From Alphaproteobacteria bacterium (GTDB taxonomy: Bacteria; Pseudomonadota; Alphaproteobacteria; Micavibrionales; Micavibrionaceae): a stretch of DNA of 64,000 bases. A program made the position numbers and the translations under genes. Positions 22,276-31,360 of the stretch are shown here, in pieces (positions within the stretch are counted from its first letter, which is position 1; the number at the start of each line of letters is the position of its first letter). Location of the stretch: NCBI GenBank assembly GCA_024279035.1, contig JAJRSA010000013.1, positions 91,889 through 155,888 of the forward strand, given 5' to 3'. The notes below the pieces were generated by a model, which did no database searches, had not been told where the DNA came from, and worked only from the letters and a program-made list of their open reading frames with translations.

Positions 22276-23600
22276 GAGGGTTTCCCCTCAAAACTCTCAA
22301 ACAATTTCTGTGCTTTATCTAACGTTTCTTGATACTCCTCTTCAGGATCAGAGTCGGCCACAATCCCTCCGCCTGAAGAGAGATAGACGGAGGTGTCTTT
22401 AAATATCAGCGTGCGGATGAGGATGTTCATGTCCAGAGTGCCGTCAAAGCCGAGTGTGCCAAGTGAGCCACAATAGGCATGGCGGCGGACGGGTTCGATC
22501 TCGTCGATAATTTCCATGGCGCGGATTTTAGGTGCACCCGAGATCGAGCCTCCAGGGAAACAGGTGCGCAGGAGGTCGAGGGCGGTGTGCTCTGACTTGA
22601 GAGTGCCTGTGACTTTTGAGACCAGATGATGGACGTTGGCGTAGCTTTTGAGAGTGCACAGCTCTGGGACATTTATAGAGTCGGCCTGACAGGTGCGGGA
22701 GAGATCATTGCGGAGGAGATCCACAATCATAATATTTTCAGCACGGTTTTTCTCACTTTTTTGAAGGTGAGTGGGATCAGTATGACGGGGCGCTGTGCCT
22801 TTAATGGGGGAGGTTTCGACCTCTCCTTTGTGAGTGAGGGTTAAAAACTGTTCGGGGGAATTACTAGAGATGATGATGTCTCCTGTCTTCATATAGCACG
22901 CATAGGGCGCAGGGCTGAGAATGCGCAGATGGCAATAATGGGCATAAGGATCAAAATCATCGGGGAGAGGGGCTGTAAATCTCTGGGCAAGGCAGGCTTG
23001 GAAAATGTCACCAGCGTGAATGTAGTCAATCACCTTTTGAATGGAGGCTTTATAGCCTTCTTTTGTTTGGTCGGGAGTCCATATGAGGGAGGGAGACTTT
23101 GCAGGCGATCGTTTTTTCTGTTGAAGACGTATTTCTAGTGCTTGAAAATGGTTCTGTGCCTGAGATTCACTCGGGGCGGTGACAAAAAAGGAGAGGATCT
23201 GTGTCTTATGGTGAAAGACGAGAACTTTGAGATAGACCCCCACACTTATATCAGGGAGCGAAAAGCTGTCTCGTGCCTGAGAGGGCATTTTTTCTGTCGC
23301 GCGTCCGAGATCATAGCTAAATAGTCCCGCGAGACCTCCTGTAAAATAAGGGTGCTCTGCGTGTGTCTCTGGAGCATAGCGTGTGAGGAGTGTTTGGAGG
23401 TGTTTAAATGGAACCTCTGTTGGCTGAGTGGCTTTAAAGTCGAATGTCTCTATGGGATCAAACGCAATGATGCTCACAGGCGTATCTGCGTATTCTCGAT
23501 CCAAAAAAAGAGCATCAGGCTGATCCGCAAACAGCGTAAAGACTGTCTGGGGGGGCTGATAAGGATAGGATGTGCAATATGTTTTCATGTGTACCGTCAT
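22272..23600 (-). CDS. pabB: Aminodeoxychorismate synthase component I
   Basis: 442 aa. Chorismate-binding motifs PGGSISGAPK and YCGSLG. The first ATG lies inside repeat 23596-23663; an alternative start is Met5 at 23588. Confidence 0.85.
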   Translation of the reverse strand: MTVHMKTYCTSYPYQPPQTVFTLFADQPDALFLDREYADTPVSIIAFDPIETFDFKATQPTEVPFKHLQTLLTRYAPETHAEHPYFTGGLAGLFSYDLGRATEKMPSQARDSFSLPDISVGVYLKVLVFHHKTQILSFFVTAPSESQAQNHFQALEIRLQQKKRSPAKSPSLIWTPDQTKEGYKASIQKVIDYIHAGDIFQACLAQRFTAPLPDDFDPYAHYCHLRILSPAPYACYMKTGDIIISSNSPEQFLTLTHKGEVETSPIKGTAPRHTDPTHLQKSEKNRAENIMIVDLLRNDLSRTCQADSINVPELCTLKSYANVHHLVSKVTGTLKSEHTALDLLRTCFPGGSISGAPKIRAMEIIDEIEPVRRHAYCGSLGTLGFDGTLDMNILIRTLIFKDTSVYLSSGGGIVADSDPEEEYQETLDKAQKLFESFEGKPS

Positions 23601-23663
23601 CCTGAAGGTGTTTCAGGATCTCATGCCTCTATTCACCAGATCCTGAAACACGTTCAGGATGAC
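23596..23663. repeat. Family A double-hairpin palindromic repeat (GTCATCCTGAA...TTCAGGATGAC)
   Basis: 68 nt, with terminal inverted GTCATCCTGAA/TTCAGGATGAC and each half itself a hairpin. About 85 percent identical by eye to 59983-60051. Confidence 0.8.
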
Positions 23664-23685
23664 GCTGTAGTGAAGGTCATGTGTC

Positions 23686-25701
23686 TTATTTATACAACGA
23701 CAATTTCCCCGTGAGTTCTTTGAGATTCGATGTTTTTCCAAAGAGAGACAGCACAACATACTCAACCTCCTCGTCTTTTTTAGTTTTGAGGGAGGCGACT
23801 TGCTCTTTCGATGAGCCTAACTGCATATCTTTTGTGAAATCCGTAAAGGGCAGGTTTTTGTCCAACGCCTGCTGACGGATTTTACGGATTTGATTGCCAT
23901 TCTTTGCTTTTAAAATAATGACAGGATAGTGAGAGACAGAGGGGTGAATATTGCCGTCTATATCCTCATAATTAATCAAACAAAGATCTTGATCTTTGGC
24001 TTCTCGTCCAGAGAGCCCCACCATAGAATGTCCAATCGCATTCATAACTCGCCCTGTGTCGGTCTCTTTCCCGTTCACCACAACGACAAAACGATACTCA
24101 CTGTCATCAACAGTGAGATAACGGTCATTGTTCTCTTCTTTGGCCTCTGGCACGGAGGATAAAGGTTTGGAGGGGGAGGGCTCTGCCTTTGCAAAATTAG
24201 GACGTAACGTTGGAAAGCAGATGACGTCTCGGATGTTGGGTGAGTCTGTGAGGAGCATCACAAGACGGTCAATGCCCATACCCCATCCTGCTGTAGGAGG
24301 GAGACCGACTTCAAGAGCTGTAATATAATCTTCATCCAGCATTTGCGCTTCCTCATCTCCAGCCTCTCGTTGAGAGACTTGTTCTTCAAAGCGCACTCTT
24401 TGGATGGCTGGATCATTAAGCTCTGTAAAAGCATTAGCAATTTCCCAACCATTCACAAAGCTCTCAAAACGTTCTACAAGTCGAGGTATGTCTCGATGAC
24501 CTTTTGCCAAAGGTGATATTTCAAAGGGATGGTTAATGACATGGGTTGGTTGAATGAGGGTGTGTTCTACTTTTTCATCAAAGCAGGCTTCCACCACTTG
24601 CCCCCAGTTGGCGGTACGTTCAACATGCACACCTGCTTTTAAAGCGGTTTTTTGTGCCTCTTCGGCCGTCTCAATTACCATAAAATCAATGCCCGTTTTA
24701 TCTTGAACAAGATCACACATGGACGCTCGCTTCCACGGACTATTGAAATCAACGCGTTGTTCGTCAATAGTAATGACGCGAGATCCATGGATATGTTCGA
24801 CAGTCTGCCCGACAAGATCCTCTATTAAGTCCATCATATCATTATAGTCTTTAAAGGCATGGTATCCTTCAATCATTGTAAATTCTGGATTGTGTTTAAT
24901 GGAAACACCTTCATTGCGGAAGTTCCTATTAATTTCAAACACAGAATCTGCAATACCGCCAACAATCAAGCGTTTTAGTTTTAGTTCAGGGGCAATGCGG
25001 AGATAAAAGTCATGGTCAAGCGCATTATAGTGAGTCACAAAAGGCTTTGCTGATGCACCTCCTAATATTTCATGGAGCATTGGGGTTTCCACCTCTAAAG
25101 CGCCAGCATCTTCCATGTAACGACGAATGAACGAGACAATTTTGGAGCGTGTGCGTAAAGTTTCTCGACTCTCCTCATTTACAATCAAATCCACATAGCG
25201 CTGGCGATAGCGTTGTTCGACATCCGTAAGTCCATGATGTTTATCTGGCAAAGGCTGGAGGGATTTTGTAAGCATGTGAAGCTCTGTTGCTCGCACAGAG
25301 AGCTCCCCTCGAGGAGTCCGACGCATTGTGCCTTTAACGCCTATAATATCACCCAAATCCAGAAATTTGAGTTTCGCAAGCTCATCCTCAGACATGGATT
25401 GCTTGTGACAAAAGACTTGAATACGTCCAGAGGTATCCATCACATCAATAAACATCCCGCTATTGCGCATCGCCATCACGCGCCCTGCTACGGAGACTGT
25501 GTCCTTCGTTTCCGTATCATCCGCAAGGTCTTTATATGTGTCTTGTAACGCATCGGCCATGTCTGTGCGGTCATAGACATGCGGATAGGGATCTAAACCA
25601 GAGTCAATTAACGCCTTGAGTTTAGCTTCTTTCGCAGCTCTTGGATCGCCTGCGGTTGAGTTTGAATTCTGTGTCTGGTTTTTTGGATGCGTTTGTGTCA
25701 T
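23686..25701 (-). CDS. lysS: Lysine--tRNA ligase (class II) with a ~170-aa C-terminal extension
   Basis: OB-fold anticodon-binding domain and class II motifs (FYLRIAPELKLKRLIVGG, FRNEG, GWGMGIDRLVMLL). The core ends near aa 501 (VICFPTLRP). A Pro/Ser linker and a 135-aa extra domain follow. Confidence 0.92.
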   Translation of the reverse strand: MTQTHPKNQTQNSNSTAGDPRAAKEAKLKALIDSGLDPYPHVYDRTDMADALQDTYKDLADDTETKDTVSVAGRVMAMRNSGMFIDVMDTSGRIQVFCHKQSMSEDELAKLKFLDLGDIIGVKGTMRRTPRGELSVRATELHMLTKSLQPLPDKHHGLTDVEQRYRQRYVDLIVNEESRETLRTRSKIVSFIRRYMEDAGALEVETPMLHEILGGASAKPFVTHYNALDHDFYLRIAPELKLKRLIVGGIADSVFEINRNFRNEGVSIKHNPEFTMIEGYHAFKDYNDMMDLIEDLVGQTVEHIHGSRVITIDEQRVDFNSPWKRASMCDLVQDKTGIDFMVIETAEEAQKTALKAGVHVERTANWGQVVEACFDEKVEHTLIQPTHVINHPFEISPLAKGHRDIPRLVERFESFVNGWEIANAFTELNDPAIQRVRFEEQVSQREAGDEEAQMLDEDYITALEVGLPPTAGWGMGIDRLVMLLTDSPNIRDVICFPTLRPNFAKAEPSPSKPLSSVPEAKEENNDRYLTVDDSEYRFVVVVNGKETDTGRVMNAIGHSMVGLSGREAKDQDLCLINYEDIDGNIHPSVSHYPVIILKAKNGNQIRKIRQQALDKNLPFTDFTKDMQLGSSKEQVASLKTKKDEEVEYVVLSLFGKTSNLKELTGKLSLYK

Positions 25702-25749
25702 TTTATATCTTTATTGCTATGTTACCTTCAAACAATCTAGGGAAAACCT

Positions 25750-26445
25750 ATGAAAAATCAAGAATATCTTTCTCAAATCTCCCGTGAGCGGGAACAGGGA
25801 AATGTTCTTATCATTGTCCTCATTACAATTGCCCTCATGGCTGCCCTTTCTTTTTCAGTATTACGAAGCAACCAAGGGGGGGATAAACTTCTCACAGCTG
25901 GGGAGGCTAAAATTACAGCGAGTAATATTCTTAAAGCCACAAAATCTATTGAAAATGCGGTGAAATCTCTTCAGTTCACGAATGGATGCAGTGGGGATGA
26001 TGTGAGTTTTGAGAATAATCTTGTTGCAGGATACACCAATGCAGGTGCGCCTGCGGATAATAGCTGTCATGTGTTTGAGCAAAATGGAGGAGGGTTGAAT
26101 TATAGCGCGCCTCCGGAAAAATCTTTGAATGTCTCAGAAGACTGGATTTTTTCAGGGGCGCATCTCATTGAGGGGATAGGGAGCGCTGTGGGAGATCTCA
26201 CCATGTATTTACGCGAAGTAAAAGACCCTGTATGTCTAGAGCTTAATCGTATGTTAGGCATTACAACCCCCACAACGATTCCTGCTGATGCTACGGCTGT
26301 GACTCTCACAAAATTCACAGGAACGTTTGCCAATGATGCGGCCCCCAATGATGATGAGGTGCGGACGCAAAATAAAAAAACCGCGTGCGTTAATCTTACC
26401 GCTTCAGGACATAATGTCTTTTATCATACGCTTATCATGAGGTAG
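25750..26445 (+). CDS. Membrane-anchored hypothetical protein with a PilX-N-like N-terminus
   Basis: 231 aa. EQGNVLIIVLITIALMAALSFSVLRS resembles the PilX N-terminal anchor of pilus-associated proteins. The rest is unrecognised. Confidence 0.4.
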   Translation: MKNQEYLSQISREREQGNVLIIVLITIALMAALSFSVLRSNQGGDKLLTAGEAKITASNILKATKSIENAVKSLQFTNGCSGDDVSFENNLVAGYTNAGAPADNSCHVFEQNGGGLNYSAPPEKSLNVSEDWIFSGAHLIEGIGSAVGDLTMYLREVKDPVCLELNRMLGITTPTTIPADATAVTLTKFTGTFANDAAPNDDEVRTQNKKTACVNLTASGHNVFYHTLIMR

Positions 26446-26540
26446 ATTATCAACAATACAATTCCTGCAGGGATGATGGCTCTTTGATGCCTTATTGCCT
26501 TTGCAGGAAAAAAATTATACAAAATAAGTAAGGGAAAATC

Positions 26541-27680
26541 ATGAACACAGATATCACAGAACTCTGGACACTTACACAAGACGTTTGGTCAAACGGCTTT
26601 ATGGGTGTTGATGTTGGAAAAATTATTATTGCACTCCTTATTTTCTTCGGATTTTTGATTATTCGAGGGGTGTTTAGTCGCTATGTGATTGATCGTATTT
26701 CTAAATGGACAGACAATACGGAAAATAGGGTTGATGATAAAATTATCCATGCCATTAAAGCGCCTCTTAAATTTGTACCCATCATTCTCGGGTTTTATTT
26801 TGCTTTAAAATATGCAGGACTAGACGAAACACTTGGTGAAAATTTTACCAAGATTGTTCGTTCTCTTATTTCTTTTACCATTTTTTGGGGGCTGTATAGA
26901 GCAATCGAACCTGTCAGTTATAGTATACGGTCTTTAAACAAACTCCTTACACCGGTCATGGTGCTGTGGATCTTTAAGATTATTAAATTCCTGACATTCT
27001 TTGTGGGTGCGGCCGTGACCCTTGAAATATGGGGTATTCATGTCGGACCAATGCTGGCAGGGCTTGGGCTGTTTGGGGCGGCTGTTGCCCTTGGTGCTCA
27101 AGATTTGTTTAAGAACCTCATCGGAGGTTTTACCATTATTGCCGAACACCGCTTTATGAATGGAGACTGGATCAAAGTGGATGGCGTGGTGGAAGGTGTT
27201 GTCGAAGATATAGGATTGCGCTCAACAAGAATCCGTCGTTTCGACAAAGCTCCTGTCCATGTCCCCAACGCACAGCTTTCCGATGCGGCCGTTATCAATT
27301 TTAGTCGTATGACAAATCGTCGTATTTATTGGAAACTGGGATTGAGCTATTCCAGTACCATTGAGCAACTCCAAATTGTGCGGGATGGTATTACAAGTCA
27401 TCTCAAGAGTAATAATGAATTCGAAACGTCCAATAAAGTAACAACACTTGTCCATATTGACAGCTTTAATGACAGCTCCATTGATCTTATGGTGTATTGC
27501 TTCACCAAAACAACAGATTGGGGCAAGTGGTTGGAAGTTAAAGAAGAGTTCGCTTTCTTTATCAAAGAGCTCGTCGAGAAAAAAGCTGGCACAAGCTTCG
27601 CCTTCCCAAGCCAGTCCATCTATCTGGAAACCTTACCTGCCGATCGTCCAGAGATCTTTGTGCCTCCTGAGGGGAAATAA
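26541..27680 (+). CDS. Mechanosensitive ion channel (MscS family)
   Basis: 379 aa. TM helices followed by the MscS core GAQDLFKNLIGGFTIIAEHRFMNGDWIKVDG..GVVEDIGLRSTRIRRFD. Confidence 0.87.
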   Translation: MNTDITELWTLTQDVWSNGFMGVDVGKIIIALLIFFGFLIIRGVFSRYVIDRISKWTDNTENRVDDKIIHAIKAPLKFVPIILGFYFALKYAGLDETLGENFTKIVRSLISFTIFWGLYRAIEPVSYSIRSLNKLLTPVMVLWIFKIIKFLTFFVGAAVTLEIWGIHVGPMLAGLGLFGAAVALGAQDLFKNLIGGFTIIAEHRFMNGDWIKVDGVVEGVVEDIGLRSTRIRRFDKAPVHVPNAQLSDAAVINFSRMTNRRIYWKLGLSYSSTIEQLQIVRDGITSHLKSNNEFETSNKVTTLVHIDSFNDSSIDLMVYCFTKTTDWGKWLEVKEEFAFFIKELVEKKAGTSFAFPSQSIYLETLPADRPEIFVPPEGK

Positions 27681-27726
27681 TTTTAAGGTCTCCCCTCTCA
27701 AGAAATAACATGCTAAAACTCATAGT

Positions 27727-30474
27727 ATGAGCACCGCCCTTGACCCACAGAAGCAGATTGATATTCAAATCCCTGAGATCTCTGTGTGCACGCTTGCGCC
27801 GCGGGTGGCGCATATTTTTACGGTGGAGGGGGAGGTGAAATCTCTGTCTCATGGGCAGGCAGGGGTGTGGCTGGCGCAAAAGTCTGTTTTATTGTGTCAT
27901 GCGCCCTATACCCTTTCAAAGCTACGCACGACTCTCCACGCCTTTGATATTCTTGATTTATTTTTGTTTGTGCATCCGACGCGCTTTTGTGTACCAACGG
28001 TGTTTGGGGTGGGTAAAGCGCTTCAGATTCATATTCCCGAGACAACCGAAGATATGCCTCTTGTTTTGAGTGAGGCGGTGCAGGTGCTTTTGAAAGATTT
28101 TCAGGATATGCCCTCTAAGACACAAAAAAAAATGCTCGAGATTGCACAGATTATGGGGATGAATGGCAAAGGATGGGCGTGGACTCCGTTTTTGTTTTCT
28201 GCTGTGGGGCAAGACTATGATCCACAGGGCGCTTTGAATAGTCGTGTGGCACTCAATGTTTGGAAAGCGCGTTCTGAATGGACAGAAAGTGCGCCTGTGC
28301 CCGCGGCCTCTCATCAAGGGGTGAGCGCGCAGGAGACAGAAATAGCCTTAAACGATATTCTTAAAAGTGACCATACCCATGAAGAGCGTCCCGAGCAGAT
28401 GGCCTATACACAATCCATTCGTACTATTTTTGAGCCTACAGAGGAGGAGGGCGCGCCTCATTTTTTAATTGCTGAGGCAGGGACGGGGACGGGGAAGACG
28501 CTGGGCTATTTGACGCCCTCAACGCTGTGGGCGAAAAAGAATGAGGGGGCGGTATGGATCTCGACCTATACCAAGAATTTACAACAACAAATTGATCAAG
28601 AGCTGTCTCGCATTTACACCACGCCAGAGATTAAAGATAAAAAAGTTGTCATCCGTAAAGGGCGAGAGAATTATCTATGCCTCCTGAATTTGGAAGAGGC
28701 CAGTGCGAGTGCACATCTGTCGCGCTCTCCCTCTCACCCTATTACATTGGGCATTATGGCGCGGTGGGTAATGGAAACCCGCACAGGAGATTTTACAGGC
28801 ACTGATTTCCCTAGTTGGGCGCAAAGCCTGTATGGTTATGCCAATACAACGGGATTAAGCGATAAACGGGGAGAATGCCTCTATTCAGCGTGCGATCATT
28901 ATACGCGCTGTTTCCGAGAGACCAGTGTACGGCGTGCCCCTCAGGCTGACATTGTCATTGCCAATCATGCGTTGGTGATGATTCAAACCGCGCACAACGA
29001 TCAAAACCTCCCTACTCGTGCGATTTTTGATGAAGGGCATCATCTGTTTCAAGCTGCAGACAGTGCTTTTGCCGTGCATCTGACCGCGCGAGAAACGAAT
29101 GAGCTCCGGCGCTGGGTTTTAGGACATGAAGATACGCGCAAAAAGCGGGCGCGAGGGCTCCAAAAACGGTTTGAAGATTTAATTTCTGACAATGAGGACA
29201 TTAAAAAATCGTTAGGAGACCTTCTCCATCGGGCAAGACAGCTTCCCGCGGAAGGATGGAGTGCCCGTCTTGCGGAAGGGGCGCCGACGGGAAGTACCGA
29301 GCTATTTTTGTCTGCGGTGTTGGCTCAAATTCGAGCACGAACACAAGAGACGCAAGTCTATTATGCGCAAGAAACCGATATTTTTCCTCTGACCACGCAG
29401 GTGCAACAGACGCTTGCGCCTCTTATTAAGGATATGAAAGCGCTTAAAAAGCCGATGGTGGCACTGTCGAAAGCGATGTATGCAGTGTTGGAACAGGAAG
29501 ACAACGATCTTGAGTCAGATGCCCGTCGTCGCATTGATAGTCTCGCGCAAAGCATTGAACGGCGCGCTGTGACACAGATCAAACCTTGGATTGAGATGCT
29601 TATCAGTTTACAGACCGAAGACATCCCCTCTCAATTTTCAGACTGGATGGAGATTGAAAAGAAGGAGGGGCGCGCTTTTGATATAGGGCTCTATCGCCAT
29701 TGGATTGATCCGATGAAGCCCTTTGCAACCGCGATAGTGCCACATGTTCATGGCCTCGCCATTACCTCTGCCACATTGAAAGGGCGAGAAGATGAGCGGT
29801 GGGATACCGCCAAAATGCTCACAGGAGCAGATTATATCTCAGAGACTCCCTTGTTCTTTGAAACAGACAGCCCCTTTGACTATAAAACACAATCCAAAGT
29901 GATTATTATCAATGATGTAAACAAAAATAATCGTGCGCAAGTCTCCAGTGCGTACCTCGCGCTCTTCAAAGCAAGCAAAGGCGGAGGGTTAGGATTGTTT
30001 ACCGCTATCCAACGCCTCAAAGCCGTGTATGAAGATATTCATGAGAAACTCAGTGCTAAAGATATTCCCCTGTATGCCCAGCATATTGACCAGATTGACA
30101 CAGGGACACTTACGGATATGTTCAGAGAAGATATAACATCCTGTCTCTTGGGCACAGATGCGTTGCGCGATGGTGTTGATGTCCCGGGAGAGAGTCTTAA
30201 GCTCATGATCTTTGACCGTGTCCCGTGGCCTCGCCCCACTCTCTTACACAAAGCCCGTCGCAAATCTTTTGGGGGGAAAACCTATGATGAAATGCTCGCC
30301 CGTATGAAACTCCAACAAGCCTTCGGGCGCTTAATCCGTAAAAAAGATGATAAGGGGATCTTTGTGATTTTAGATGGTGCGACACCCACAAAGCTCCTCA
30401 GTGCCTTTCCCAAAGATATTGAAATTGAGCGCGTGGGATTGCAAGAGGCGTTGAAGCGTGTAAAAGAAGTATAG
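27727..30474 (+). CDS. DinG/Rad3-family ATP-dependent DNA helicase
   Basis: 915 aa. Walker A AEAGTGTGKTLGYL, DEAH-like FDEGHHL, and C-terminal helicase motifs LGTDALRDGVDVPG and QQAFGRLIRKKDDKG. Confidence 0.8.
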   Translation: MSTALDPQKQIDIQIPEISVCTLAPRVAHIFTVEGEVKSLSHGQAGVWLAQKSVLLCHAPYTLSKLRTTLHAFDILDLFLFVHPTRFCVPTVFGVGKALQIHIPETTEDMPLVLSEAVQVLLKDFQDMPSKTQKKMLEIAQIMGMNGKGWAWTPFLFSAVGQDYDPQGALNSRVALNVWKARSEWTESAPVPAASHQGVSAQETEIALNDILKSDHTHEERPEQMAYTQSIRTIFEPTEEEGAPHFLIAEAGTGTGKTLGYLTPSTLWAKKNEGAVWISTYTKNLQQQIDQELSRIYTTPEIKDKKVVIRKGRENYLCLLNLEEASASAHLSRSPSHPITLGIMARWVMETRTGDFTGTDFPSWAQSLYGYANTTGLSDKRGECLYSACDHYTRCFRETSVRRAPQADIVIANHALVMIQTAHNDQNLPTRAIFDEGHHLFQAADSAFAVHLTARETNELRRWVLGHEDTRKKRARGLQKRFEDLISDNEDIKKSLGDLLHRARQLPAEGWSARLAEGAPTGSTELFLSAVLAQIRARTQETQVYYAQETDIFPLTTQVQQTLAPLIKDMKALKKPMVALSKAMYAVLEQEDNDLESDARRRIDSLAQSIERRAVTQIKPWIEMLISLQTEDIPSQFSDWMEIEKKEGRAFDIGLYRHWIDPMKPFATAIVPHVHGLAITSATLKGREDERWDTAKMLTGADYISETPLFFETDSPFDYKTQSKVIIINDVNKNNRAQVSSAYLALFKASKGGGLGLFTAIQRLKAVYEDIHEKLSAKDIPLYAQHIDQIDTGTLTDMFREDITSCLLGTDALRDGVDVPGESLKLMIFDRVPWPRPTLLHKARRKSFGGKTYDEMLARMKLQQAFGRLIRKKDDKGIFVILDGATPTKLLSAFPKDIEIERVGLQEALKRVKEV

Positions 30475-30484
30475 GAGATCATTC

Positions 30485-31345
30485 ATGTCAAAAAATTTAA
30501 ATAAATTCCGAGAGACTTCAAAGGAAAATCACAGCTGGTTTAATATAAGATATCGCCAGATAGATACTTTGTTCAGATGGGATTCTCTGAAATCAATTGG
30601 AGATCTTCCTTTTATTAGAGGATCTGCCATACTTGTGGTGATTTTACCTATATTAGATAAAATTCTCTCTCCAATTATTGAAGCTGACTTTCATTTATTT
30701 TTAGATATAGCGACCTTCAATTTGATTGCAATTCCAGGGGATGCGACTACGTTGATAGCTACACTTAATAGCGGAGGAAAGTTTTTTCTACCAATTGAAT
30801 TAGGTATTCCTTTTTCTCTCGTTTTAATATACATCGCATCAATCATCCTTATCGTCTCAAACATTATATACCAATTGCAAAAGCCCTCCCTCATTGGTGA
30901 TTATAAAGATGCAAATAGAATGACGATTTTACAAAATTTTAGAAAACTACAGATGGGGTTGAATTCAGAAGAGGAGCGGGTGGACCATTGGGGAAAGTTT
31001 TTTGCACGATTTCCAAATAATATTCTCTCCCTTGAAGAAGAATGGGATGAATTAGAAGACAAGAAGAATATTTTATCCTTAGCTCAGATTGACACATCCT
31101 CAGCACATTTTGGAAAACATAAGAAAGTGCCAAAAGATTTCAAATTGAATCCAGACACGATCTATTTTTATGCAGAAAGAATGTTAATTGATGAAAACAA
31201 CTGGGAAGAGGCTTTGGGAGATATTAAGTGGTACCTGAATAGAACGAAACGTAAAGCAAGGTGGTTTTGTGGAATAGGGTTTTCAATGACGGCAGGTATT
31301 GCTATCTTTTTGGTTTTACAAGGTTTTGTAGAACTCCTAACTTAA
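30485..31345 (+). CDS. Hypothetical membrane protein (286 aa)
   Basis: AT-rich ORF starting 10 nt after the helicase gene. Hydrophobic segments near aa 45-65, 105-130 and 255-280. No motif recognised. Confidence 0.45.
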   Translation: MSKNLNKFRETSKENHSWFNIRYRQIDTLFRWDSLKSIGDLPFIRGSAILVVILPILDKILSPIIEADFHLFLDIATFNLIAIPGDATTLIATLNSGGKFFLPIELGIPFSLVLIYIASIILIVSNIIYQLQKPSLIGDYKDANRMTILQNFRKLQMGLNSEEERVDHWGKFFARFPNNILSLEEEWDELEDKKNILSLAQIDTSSAHFGKHKKVPKDFKLNPDTIYFYAERMLIDENNWEEALGDIKWYLNRTKRKARWFCGIGFSMTAGIAIFLVLQGFVELLT

Positions 31346-31360
31346 TGTATTTTCAAAAGC

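Noticed and set aside
26465-26525. Imperfect inverted repeat (TTCCTGCA ... TGCAGGAA) after the PilX-N-like gene, considered as a terminator or degenerate family B repeat
   Set aside because: It has only an 8-bp stem with a ~30-nt loop, and an A-run rather than a T-run follows on the sense strand. Similarity to the CCTGC..GCAGG repeat arm is too weak to call.
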